64,000 bases of DNA from Lama glama (Eukaryota). This document shows positions 1-12,300 of the stretch, in pieces. Location of the stretch: contig CM052816.1 in NCBI GenBank assembly GCA_028534125.1, positions 89,530,001 through 89,594,000 of the forward strand. The letters run 5' to 3'. Under the pieces are notes generated by a model. The model was not told the origin of the DNA, ran no database searches, and saw only the letters and a program-made list of their open reading frames with translations. Position 1 is the stretch's first letter. Every line of letters starts with the position of its first letter. Made by a program: the position numbers and the translations under genes.

Positions 1-507
1 GAGTGAATTTTCATAAAGGAAAAGAATGAAACCACATTTTGAGGAAAATAATCTACATGATATAAACAAGAAAATTTACATCCATCTATTTATATATTTT
101 ATAATTTTATATATTTTAATACTAACTTCAGAAGATGAATAATTAGATTAGAAATCTACTGATTCCCTGGTAAACTTTGCTACATATACTAAGGAATGTA
201 ATTTAGGTTTTTGGAAAGCATCTATTTCAGTATTAATGGCTTTGGTGTAAACATATATTAAACACGGAAGTCACAATTTCGAAGAAAACAAACTGAAAAA
301 AAAAATGCATTATTGAAGTTGTTTTCTCCAGTCCATATCAATAATGGGAAATCTAGAGGGGGACATATTTCACTGTTCTGTGTTCTCACTGTAATCCATC
401 ACAGTACCACACACATATCAGATTTTCGAACAAACTCACTAGATAAAATAGATTGTTCTTTGTTATAGAAAATCTGCTATCTTAGCATCCAGCTTGCATT
501 TGCAGTG

Positions 508-577
508 GAGTACCACCTTCCCTGCGTCCCTGTCTCCATCATGCTCTGAGTACCACCTTCCCTGCGTCCCTGTCTCC
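508..577. repeat. Perfect 30-bp direct repeat with 40-bp period
   Basis: gagtaccaccttccctgcgtccctgtctcc at 508-537 and 548-577. Confidence 0.95.
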
Positions 578-880
578 TTATGGGCACTCTGCTGATGTGA
601 ACTCCTGGTACACTGGTATTGCATAAAACATGGATGATTTTTATCTAGTATAGTATTTTATACATGCTGAAAATCACATGTACAGGATTTTCAGTGTGCC
701 ATATATTTTGTTCTTGTTTCTGTTTTGTTTTCGATTTTCAGAAAGGATTAAAATGAATGTTCTGCTCTCTCCCAAGCTCATTGTTTTACAGTTTGCATAG
801 CTTCCTTAATTGTTTCTCAAAACATAGTTTGACAAGTCACACCATTTTTATTTCGGTTTACAGATTAAGTAATTAAGGCA

Positions 881-937
881 CTGCACACCAGAAATTGACA
901 TAACTCTATAAACTGACTATACTTCAATTTAAAAAAA
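881..937 (+). mobile_element. Very short 5'-truncated L1 3' end, inserted in a MIR remnant
   Basis: ctgcacaccagaaattgacataactctataaactgactatacttcaatttaaaaaaa resembles the cetartiodactyl/camelid L1 terminus. Confidence 0.7.
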
Positions 938-2849
938 GCATATGCTGTGAAATGCTTTCATAATAAAAAAGTTCTTGAGCCGAAAAAATTTTTTTAAATA
1001 AAATAATCATTTGAAAATAGTAAAATAAATAAATAAGACATAGAAATAACAAATAAAGTCCCAAAGTTCATATTCCAAAAGAGTTCTGAAAGGGGCTTGT
1101 ACTGAAGTTTGATCGCCGTGTAGTTTATTTACTCTGCCGTCAAAAGGGTCGAAAACTGATTTTTAGAAATGAAGCATGAACCTAAAAATAATAGTAGCAA
1201 AAACAGAAATGTTGCATTAAGAACCTCAGGGACATTATCCAATTTTTGCTGTAGCAAAATGCTTCTAACACACATGGATATGTTCACATTTATAGGTAAA
1301 GTGATTGACATTCAAAGGGTAGAATACTAACCCAAGGACTGTGGGAAATAAGAAATAAAAACTCAAAGGAACTTGCCAATGTACTAATATAGATTTAGCT
1401 AATTTCATTATTGAGCAGAAAATACTAGAATGCATTTTAGTAGCCATAAATGACCACAAGGCTACAGCAGGTTTTCAGCTCTAATTACCTGGAATTAAAG
1501 CTACAGATTTTACACATCACCCTGCTTTTAGGAAATAGAGAGCAATGATTCAGTTTGCATCAGTAATGATGCTAAGCTTACTCTGCCATTCTGTTTTTCA
1601 TAACTCTTTATCGGTCCCGCCTGTGGTTACCCCGATGGTGTGTGTCATACAGATTATTAGTGGCATCTACAGTAAGGTTAGATGCAGTTCAGCTTCCCCC
1701 AGAACACAATGGTAGTAAAGTCCACAGACAAATTGGTATCTGATCCCAATGCTGCGCTCCTGATCCTTAAGTGCTGGAAGAGTAATGGTACACTGGGGAT
1801 ATAAGATGACTTTGGAACAACATGAAAGAAGTCTGTTTCCATCCAGAAGGACTTAGTTTCCTGTACCCAAGTGTGGAATGTGTACAAGCCTGTTCCGGTT
1901 CCAGAGGACAGAATGGACAGTGCGGACATGGGGCGGTGAGGGGACAGCTGAAAACTGTCAGATGCTAGTTGTTCTTTTATTCTAGTCGTTTCTCAAGATG
2001 TAGTATTTCCAGAATCCTCTCCTACAAAACATTTTTCTAATACACCAAAGTTGCTTCTAACCTTTCCTATTCAGAGAAGGAGCAGAGAACTCCTTTTAAG
2101 GGTGTTGATACCAGTGATTAAAACTGATAATATTATTCTTGCCTCAGATTTCTGGGACAGATTGTTTTTTGTCCTCAGAAGTGAGCACATACCTTGTTTA
2201 GAAATTTAGGAATACATTAAAATATGTACAATGGTCACAATAGAAAAGAAATATTAATGTAGTGGCAATAATAAGACCTGAGAAATAAATCAGAGCCCTG
2301 GCTTCGCCAAGATATGTCATTTAAACTGTGTCAGTTTCAGTTTTGTAATTTACAAAGTGAGAATTCAGACTGAATATTCTCTCTTAGTTTTAAAATGATA
2401 AAAATCACAAGTATGATCAATATTAGCTTCTAGAAAAGCTGTAGCAATGCCTTCTTTCTTAAATCATTCCCAATAAGAAAATACTTCAATCAACATTTAA
2501 ATAATTTTAATTTAATGGATCCATTTATTTTTATAATATAAAATGATTTAATATAGTACATAAACATCACAGTAACTTTCACTGTTTACTGACAAAAATT
2601 AATTAATGTCAATACTATTAATTATTCTGTATTAAGCAATTTATAGAATATATTAATTTTGAGATGTTTCTATATCTTTTTTGTATATTTAAAGTACTAT
2701 TCAACATCTGCAAAGAAGATATTGCAAGGTATAATAATAAACAAATTTTACCGTATCGCTGTAGTTAATTAGTGTTGTGAAGAACATTATCCTCAAAAAT
2801 ATACTATTTCATTTTGTAATCAATTTAGTTTTGCATTTTTTTTTCAGCT

Positions 2850-5150
2850 TTACAAAAATTTACCATATTTGAATGCTGTCTTCTGAGACATTTCTGAAAA
2901 AATATTTCAATCAACATTTCATTTCTAAGATTTATCCATGTCGTAGCTACATTGTTATTCATTTATTTTTCTCTCTCCTGGTATAAATAGATCAGAGTTA
3001 TTGCATCTAATTAGCTGTTGTTGGATATTTGTGTTTCCCTGGTGTTCCTATTAATTTTGCTGGTGATGTATGTGTTCCAGGGTTTTCCTACATATATAAG
3101 CCAGGGAAATGGCTGGACCTTGCGCATGAGAATATGCAACTGTATGAATTATTACATGTGGCTTACTTTAATTTATAGGCATTCCCATTGGTGTATATTC
3201 AATACAGCACTTGGAGAATCTCATCAAATGTCTTAAATTTTGTTTTGTCAATATTGTTGAGATTAAACTGGTAACTTATTTCGATTAATGTGCGTTTCTT
3301 TCAGCACTACTGAAGTTGAAAACTTTTTCATATATTTATTTGCCATTTATACTACTTCTTCTGTTAAATGTTTGCCCTTCATTTTACCCATTTTGATATT
3401 GCGCTCTCCCTTTTTCATATTGATTCAACACACTGTATGTTATAGATACAGATCCTTTGTCAGTTACATGTGCTGCAAATATCTTCACTCATTTCATGAC
3501 ATTTTTTTCCTCTTTGTGGCATATTTGGAGGAACTGAGAAGAAGTTACATTTGAATTTAATGAAATTTATCAATGCTTCCTTTATAATAGTGCATTTTGT
3601 GCTGAAATCGTTCATGAACTTTAATGTATTATATGCTAATATTTTTTCCTAAAGTATGTATAATTTTACCTTATAATCTAAGTCCTTAATTGTTTAAAAC
3701 ATATTTTTGTGTACAGTGCAATATATGGCCCATTTTATAATGATGGTGATGACACGGATACCAAGCTTTACTAATACTGTTTCTTGATCATTCTGTTCTT
3801 AGCGCAGTGATCTGCAATAGCTTCATTACCGTATATTATTTCTCTACGTAGTGGATCTATGTCTGGGTTCTGTTTTCTGTTTCTGTTTGTCTATTCCTTT
3901 GCCGCTGTCACAGTGATGGGCTCTAACATCATATAATAGGGCTTGATACGTGGTAAAGCAAGTATCCTCTATTGAACTTCTTCATACAAGTCTGGACAAT
4001 CTTAGTACTTATAAATCTCAGAGTCAGCTTTCGATTTCTATGAACATTTCTCATTGGATTTAGATTATATTGAAAATACACACCAATTTGGAGAGGCGGA
4101 CTTTGTTTATATTTTGTCTTCCAACCGCATAGGTGATAGAGCTCTCAATAACTTTAGATCTTAATTAATGGCGTTCAGTGAAGTGTTTTGCATATAAGCC
4201 TTTCATGTACTTTGTTAGATTTATTTCTCAGATCCTTATAGCTTTGCTTATTAACTACTGTTGGTTTTTCACCACTAAGAATAATGTTTCTTGTAGTTTT
4301 TGTTGTGGCTGTTGTTTGTTTAATATATCCTTAATCAGGTTGAGGGGGTACATTCTGTTCCTAGTTTGCTAAGGGGTTTTTTGTTTTTCTTTATTTTACC
4401 TTGTTTTCTTTTGTCTTTTCTATGTGTATTAAGATAAGCCTCTATTTTTCGGTCCTTCCTTTAATTGATAGCTTTGTGCATAACTTCTATGCTTTCTAAA
4501 ATTTTCCTTTCTTTATTTTTTGCCCTCCCTTCTTCCCTCCCTCTCTCACTTCTTCCTTCCTACTTTCTTTCTTTCCTTCCTTTAATGTCAAACTAAACAA
4601 GCATTCCTGGAACTAAATCAATTATAGATTTTCTTTTCTGCACCAATGGAGTGGGTTTCATGTTAATTTGTTTAGTCCATTGACAGCTAATACCTCTCAC
4701 GAATAGGAGCATCTGGTGTTGATATTAACATTTTACCAGACACAGAAAACAGTTGTAGAATGTTTCCTCCTCGCTCTGTTTTCTGGGGAAAAGATGTGTA
4801 ATACTGAAGTTACCTGTTTCTTTAACTGCAGGTACTATTATCTAGGCCTGATTTGTTCTCTTTGAAAAATGATTTTTTACCTAAAAATTGACCGTCTTTA
4901 GTTACTGTAGTACTACTGTGATTTTCTACTCCTTTTAAAGCCACCTATAACATGTTTTAGTCCATCTATTTTCTTAATGGATAATTAAAAATTATTATTT
5001 TTAATATCCTCTGTATATGTATTTAAGCTCCCTTTTTCCTAAGATGGTTAGTTTTTGCCTTCTCACGTTCTTTGATAAATTAATAAATTTGCCTAAATTT
5101 TATCTTTTTTACTAGTCTTTTAAAAAATCTATTACCCTGTTGTTATAAGT
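2850..5150 (-). mobile_element. Ancient degenerate L1 (L1M-type) fragments
   Basis: T-rich sequence with typical antisense L1 ORF2/3'UTR phrases (gttgaaaactttttcatatatttatttgccattt, gtacttttgttagatttatt, aatcaggttgaggggg...ttcctagtttgctaagggg). Boundaries approximate. Confidence 0.65.
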
Positions 5151-5920
5151 GTAATTTTGGACTTTTCTGGATAACGGCAGAAATATCAGCAATAAAAAGA
5201 AATTTAGTTTTTCCTTTATGAATTCTGCATTATTCGCTTTGACATACAAAATAAACCAAACATTTCTCTTTTCCTTATATCTCAAAATTAATAAACTTAC
5301 TGAAAAATGGGAGACTGCACTGAAGACATGTTGTAAAGTATTAGCTGTAATATTTTGAAATTTACCGGTTATATATGAATTCCATGCTAAGTTCTCATTT
5401 AAATTATCTTTATTTTTCCCCATGTATGACTTGATACCACACACTGCATATATTCTCTTATAAGAAGAAAAAGATCCTTGTGTAAAGAACTTTACTTTGT
5501 TTTCTGCAAGTTTATTTAGATTTAAAACCTTGAACTTTTTAAACATTATGTGATTTTTTTTAACCAACTACTGTGCTCTTGTTAGATTAATGATGAAACC
5601 AATTGTTCGTCCCTTAGACTCTGACAGCATCTGATGAGTTCTGACAACTTTCTCCCACTCCAGTTCCTGAATAACATGTAATTTCCTTGATATGACTAAA
5701 TATCATTTTAGCATTCATGTCATGCCTTGGTGTTCATTTTTCATTTTTATCTAAGTTAATGAGTTCTAACAAAGAGTGCCTTCATAAAGTTGTCTTTTGC
5801 CAAAAGTCCTGCTGCCGCACACGAGGCTGGTGACAAGCTACAGCATTAAGGAGATTGGTTTTAAACCAAGCCGCTGAAGTGTGCATGGAAATACTAAATA
5901 CATCCCTATGTGTTTTGCAG

Positions 5921-6042
5921 ACAATCCCGGTTTGCTGAGCCATGTCACAGTGGGTATTAGAGTTCTGGATGTCAATGACAATCCACCCGAACTTGCCAGG
6001 GAATATGATATTGTTGTCTGTGAAAATTCTAAGCCTGGCCAG
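5921..6042 (+). CDS. CDH18: Cadherin-18 coding exon (end of EC4, start of EC5), 122 bp
   Basis: Acceptor tgttttgcag| and donor |gtaagt. Translates (phase 1 in, phase 0 out) to (D)NPGLLSHVTVGIRVLDVNDNPPELAREYDIVVCENSKPGQ, including the cadherin Ca2+-binding DVNDNPP motif. Confidence 0.97.
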
Positions 6043-6656
6043 GTAAGTTAATTGTTTCTTTCCTGTCATTTGAATGGCAGAGAAACAAGCAGCTCTATTA
6101 CTAATATTCTTAGGTATAATCCCCAGAAATCCCCCTGTGTTATTTTTATGCTCAGTCAAAATAATTTTATAAAACTCTATTTTAAGTACTAAATAGATTG
6201 TTTCTGAGAATCATAGAAAATAAAATTTCCCTGGATCCCAAATGTAATTTAAAAAATGTACCAATTCATGCATGCATATTATACCAGTAATACTATATTG
6301 AATGTTTTGAGTACAGCCCTGTGTTAAATGAGGAGGAAACAGTGAACTTCCTTGTCCTAGTGAAGTTTAGAGACTAGTCTGGGGAGGTGAGACTGGCCTG
6401 GTTTATTGTGGAGGGAATGAGGGAGTGATATACAGTGATCATTGAATGCTATTGGTAACACAAGATGCTTAAGTTTTAACAACATGAAGAGTGTGTATGT
6501 TTTAAGGAGGTCAAGAGAGTGAAGGATGGAGAGAAGAGCCTGAAACTTAGGACATGAGTCTGGACATAGCATGGCAGCCAGTTAAAGGAGCGAGACAATT
6601 CTGAAGAAAGGCCAGTTGCTGATGCCCATAAAGCAAGTGCGATACCAGAGGGGACA

Positions 6657-7206
6657 TGCATTTGTCCTCTCTGCTGTGTAACAAATTACACAAACTCGGG
6701 AGCTTAGAACAACACATTTTTATCATCTCATAGTTTCTGTAGGTCAGAATTCTCCTCCTGGCCTAGATAGGTCTTTGCAGGAATCTCACAGGATGTAATC
6801 AAGCTGTGTTCTTACCTGGTCTCTTCCAAACTCACGTGGTTGTTGGTGGCATTCAGATAGTTCCAGCTGCAGACGTGAGAGCTTCAGGATGTTCCTTGGT
6901 TCTTCAGAGTTCCCCAGAGTTCTGAGATGCCACCTGCAGTTTTGTTTGTTTTTTTTTGTTTGTTTTAGTCATATGGGCTTCCCCAGTATGGCCACTTACT
7001 TTATCAAACAAGTAAGGAGAGTCTCTTTGTTGAGTCTCTGACAGTCTCATATGATGTAATGTAATCAGTGTGCTATATCAACACTCTTGCCGTGTTCCGT
7101 GTTCCATTGGTCAGAAGCAGGACAGAAGTCACACCCAGACTTAAGGAGAAAGAATTACATGGAGGCATGCATTCAGCTGTGGACACCTTAAAGTCTGTCT
7201 GCTACA
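6657..7206 (-). mobile_element. MaLR LTR (MLT1 family)
   Basis: gctgtgtaacaaattac...cttagaacaacacattttt...tcatagtttctgtaggtcagaattc at one end and gtctgtctgctaca at the other. Confidence 0.75.
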
Positions 7207-8259
7207 AATGCATCTAGAAAAGTCGAAAGGGTCTAGGTTCAGCTGAGTCAGACAGTTCCTTTTACCATCTGTGGTAAACCCGAATAAATGTATCATCCAC
7301 AATTATTTTAAATCATTATGAAGCTTGTGATTAAATTATAGCCATGAGAAACATTGGCCTGGTTATTTGTGTATGAATTACAAGCTACAGTGGCTTGCTA
7401 AAGTAATCATTGCTTAGTATGGTTTTAATAACCCCAGGGAAGGTATTTACATATATAGAAATGGAGAACTCTTGACATAAAGTTTTCTCGTGCTCATATC
7501 TCTCAAGAAAATTAGAAAATATGAATGAGGACAAAATTACTGAAAATTATATTTGAAAGTACTTACAGGTTATATGTTTTATTTTCTTAACAATATATTA
7601 TGAGTATCACATTAGCTGCTTCAACATTCTTTTTATACCATCATTTCAAAAACAGTAAAGAATTTTATGGTACAGATACATAATGATTTACTTACCAAAT
7701 CCTACTTCAATTGTGTTAGAAGTGGACCCACACATCTTAGAATTAGTTTTTAACATATTTTACATAAGTTTAATTAATAAGAAAAATGTTAAACATTCAA
7801 ATGGAAAATTTAGATTTTAAAAAATACAGCTTATTAATATGGAATATCAAATTTTGGTGATAACATCAGATTAGACATAGCTGAAGAGAAAATAGTGAAC
7901 TGGAAAATAGGTTATATTAAAATATCCATATTAATGCATGGAAAGTCAAAAAGGTAGAAAGTACAAACAAGAATATGAAAGACATATGGAACTTGTATGT
8001 CTAATACACAAGTTATTCAATTCTCAGATGGATATTAAAAAAGAGAATTGGGCAGAAGTAATATCTGAGAAGATCATGACTGAAAGTTTCTCCATACTAT
8101 TGGCAAGCATCAAGTCAAAAATTCAAAAAACATAGAGAAAAACAAAAAACAAAAAACTAAGCAGTTGTTTACAAGAATAACTAACCTAGATGAATTGCAA
8201 TAAAATTTCAGAAATGAAATCACAGAATTAAAACATCAGAGTAAAAAGACATAACACTG

Positions 8260-9375
8260 TTAGGGGAGAAAACAAAACAAAACATGGATGTAGTGCCAAG
8301 CAGAGTTCTTAGATGACACCAAAATCATAATCCATAAAAGAAAAAAGTTGATAAATTGGATTTGATCAAAAATAAACATTTTTGCTTTCTGAAAGTCCCC
8401 ATTAAGAGGATGAGAAGACAAACCACAGAGTGGGAAAAGAAATTTGCAGACCTTTTATCCAATAAATGATTAGTATGTACAATATAAAAAGAATACTCAA
8501 AGCTCAACAGAAAAAAATCCAGTTTTAAAATGGATAAAAGACATAAGCAGACATTTCACTAGAGGATTTACAAATAGAAAACAAACATGTTAAAGATGTA
8601 TAACATCACAAGTGATTAGGGAAATTAAAATTAAAACTACAGTGACCTATCACTGCACACCTATCAAATAGGACATTCTTTTTTTTTTTTTAAATGACAC
8701 AGCATCCTGGGGAGATACAGAGAAATTGGATCATTGATGCATTTTTAGTGGACGTGTAGAATGGAACAGCTATTTTGAAATACAGTTTTGTAATTTCTTA
8801 AAAGCTAAACATGCAATTACCATAGAGTCCAGAAATAGAACTTTGGGTCATTTCTCCAAGAGATATGAAGCTTTATGTTTACACCAAACACTTCACACAA
8901 ATGCTTCTATCGGATTCATTCACAATTGACTCAAACTGAAAACAATCCAGATGTCTTTCAATGGATGAATTGCTAAGTCAACTACAGTGAATTCAGGCCA
9001 TAGAATACTATTCAGCAATGAAAAGGAATAGAGTATTGATACATGCATAAATCTGGATGAAACTCTAGAGAATTTTGCTGAATGGAAAAAAAAAAGAATA
9101 CCCAAAATTTTCATAATGTATGGTGTCAGAGGTTAAGAAGAGGATAAGGGTGACAGGGAAGTACATATAGATATAAAATGCAGCATTGAGGACACTTTTG
9201 GTTATGGAAATATTCTGAATCTTGACTACATCAATGTCAAGCATCCTAGATGGGACATTGTACATAGTTTTGCGAGACACTATCAGTGGGGAAACTGGAT
9301 AAGGGTACACAGCATCTCTCTGTATTTCTGACAACTGCATATGAATCTATAATTATAAAAATAGTTAAAAAGTAA
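8260..9375 (+). mobile_element. L1 (L1MB/L1MC-like) ORF2 end and 3' UTR, nested in older L1 remnants spanning about 7850-11700
   Basis: Decayed ORF2 text (gataaattggatttgatcaaaaataaaca, gcagacatttcactagagga, aaacaatccagatgtctttcaatggatgaat) and 3' end (ggaaactggataagggtacacagcatctctctgtatttctgacaactgcatatgaatcta). Confidence 0.8.
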
Positions 9376-12300
9376 AAACAAATTGACATTTTTAAAAGAT
9401 ATAATATCTTTAAAAGAGCAATTTCAAAGGTGATTTTTTTTAATAAGGAAGAATAAAAGCAAAAAATGAAAAAGTAAATCTCAAGAGCCAGAAGAGAATA
9501 GTTGACAAGCATGAATTCTTTTTCTACCAACACTATTGCTCAAAAATAAAGACAAAAAACCCCCTCATATTTAGGCAAACAAAAATGTGAAAATTCCTTA
9601 CCATAATACACACACTAAAGCCTTTTTTTGGGGGGTGAGGAGAAAAATAATCAAATTGACAGCTTGGAGTGTCAAGAATCCTTAAAGACCAAAGCAATCA
9701 TTGAATATGTTTTTAAAACTAAATTATTGATGAATGAATGGAAAATAAAGGAATATTTTCTGGAGTTTAAAATATACATAGTATACATGGTAATGAGAGA
9801 TCAGAAGGAAAGGAAGAGACAATTAAAATATTCTAAACGCCTTAAATTTGGGATAATTGATAAACTACTAATTTATAATAGATTTTATGTGTCAAGAATG
9901 AATGCTGTAATTTTTAGTTTAAGTAATAAAAATAGTAAAAGACCATGGAATTAAAAATGCTTCTAAAAAAAGTGATGTTTATACATTTTATTTCTTTACC
10001 TTAATTGTGTTTATAAAAACGTTTGTTTGCTTTAAAATAATTCACACACTTACAAAATTGTTGCATGTGATTTTATCTTGCTCTGTTATATTTAAAAATG
10101 CAAAACAGGGAAAAAGACTTTTATAAAAGACTTTTATTGTCAAGGGCTGTAGGTCATATTTCAAAACTAAAATACAATCCTAATAAAATATAAAGTTTGT
10201 AACCAATTCAATACTTCCAAGATAACCCAAACATTTCTGTGAAATTTTTAGAGCTCAAAGTCAGAATGATAAATTTTCATACTTTCTGTTGAGATATAGT
10301 TTTGTCTTTTAACACAAGATAAGCAAAATAAAAGAGAATGGGTTTAGTACACAAAACTCTAATAGCTAGGTAGCTATGGTAATTTTTTTTTAAATTAAGA
10401 AATAAGAAAATACATGTAGAACAAGTGGAAAAATAAAAAAGCAAAGAAAAGCAATGTAAACTTAAATATATATTAGTATTTATGTTAAAAATCACAAAAA
10501 TACTTAAAAAATTCTTTTGTCAAAATAGGAAAAAAGTCAATTAAATGTTTTTATAAGAGATGCATAATAAATATAATAAAGAAAAAAGCTTGAAAGAAAA
10601 AGTATGGAAAATACATCAATTACTTGAGTAATTGCTACGTACATGCTCACCCAGCTACACACACACACACACGCACACACACACACATTTTATCGAAGGA
10701 AACATTACTGGATATAAAGAGTCACAAGCATTGTGATAATAGTGCAGCGGGCAGAAATAACAATGTTAAATTTTTACATACTTATCAACATTTCCTCAAA
10801 ATGAGCAAAGCCAAAATTGATAGAAATACAAAAAATATATGTAAATAAATAGACAAGCCCATTATCGTCCTGAGAGTTCTGCTGTACTCTTGCCAGAAAC
10901 CGATAGAATAATCACGTAAAATTGCAGTAAGGGAACTAGAAGTTGAACACCGCAAAAGCTTCACTGTTTAACAAATACGGCATTGCGTTGAACAACTTTA
11001 GATTATGCATTCTTTCAAAATTTACACAAAACATTTACCGTATACAGGATTACAAAACAAGTTTTAATAATTTGCAAGGATTGAATAAAGGTAGATATCA
11101 ATTCAAAAATATTGCTAGGAAAACAATCAGTCAGTAATGAAGGAAGACACTTCTAAATAAGCCAGGAGTCAATAAAGTAAGAAGAATTGAAAATATTTAA
11201 ATGGAATGATAATAAAATATACTTTTTCCAAAAAGGAAAAAAAGGACCAATATATTTTTAATTCAACTTTTGCTGACCACAAATCTTTGAAATCAAAACC
11301 TGAGAAGGATATAATTTAAATTACAGGTATTCTCTTTCGTGAACATAGAAATATCATAAATAAAACATTGTTAAAGAGAATCCAGAAAAAATAATATTTT
11401 TAAATGGAAAGGGGAAAAATTTTAAATTCATTTTGATAGGGAAGCCAAAGCTTTTGATAAAGTTAAACATTTATTATTACTACAGCTAATAACATTAATA
11501 ATAACAATGGTAATGCTATACACTAGTAAAATTTATGAATGAAATTGACACTTGTGTTAAATATAAGATCAATATAAATATATTTCTTATTTTTCTTTAT
11601 ATCACGAGCAATTCAAAAATGAAAGTTAAACACGATGCCATTTAATGTTACACTAAGGAAATAAAATGTATAGAAATAAATATTGCTTTTCTTAGGTAGC
11701 AGTTACCTGATCTATAAATAACAGACTTTAGTAAAATTAGATCTTTTCCCTCACTGAATCTGTGTTTCTTTGGTTCTTAGGTTATTCACAGAATTCAAAC
11801 TGGGATCATTTGAAATATGACAGAATAAAAAATGATCAGCTATTTTTAGTTATTTTCCTTTTAGATAATATATTTCTTTAAAAAAAGTGTCAACTTTAAT
11901 CAACTGATAATTTTTACTTCAAGGTAATTTCAAAACTTCAAGGATAAAGCGTGATCTTGTGCTAGGAGCAACTCACACTCGCTAGTTCATAGCCACCTTT
12001 GTAGATGTAGGTGAAATCACCGAATTTCTGGTCAAATGCTACTCTTGGATCAGTTGATGCTTCTCCTGTGAGTGTGAACATCTGCTCCAAAAGTGAAAAA
12101 TCTAGTCTCAGTTTTCTGGGTTGAACTTTGTATTGGCCTGTGACCTTGGCTTTTTCCCTTGACTTCTCCTGTCGTCCACTTTTTTGCTCGTGGGAAAGTT
12201 GACCCAGGCATTCTCACCAGGCCATGCTCTTCTTTCAGTGTCACATAGCTAGCCTGGGTCCACCTGTTTTAGCCTCTACTCTTGCCACTAAACTCTGTAG

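Noticed and set aside
508..577. CRISPR-like repeat-spacer-repeat
   Set aside because: Only two copies with a 10-bp spacer, in a mammalian intron with no cas genes.
1600..1960. GC-richer block considered as a missed exon or processed pseudogene
   Set aside because: No cadherin-like or recognisable translation, and no poly(A) tail or target-site duplication seen.
5112..5567. 151-aa minus-strand ORF and other 60-150 aa ORFs in the track
   Set aside because: Low-complexity, AT-driven or repeat-derived, with no recognisable domains or exon structure.
5782..6159. Antisense ORFs overlapping CDH18 exons (also 36302-36604 and 45454-45844)
   Set aside because: Shadow frames of real exons with no independent gene signals.
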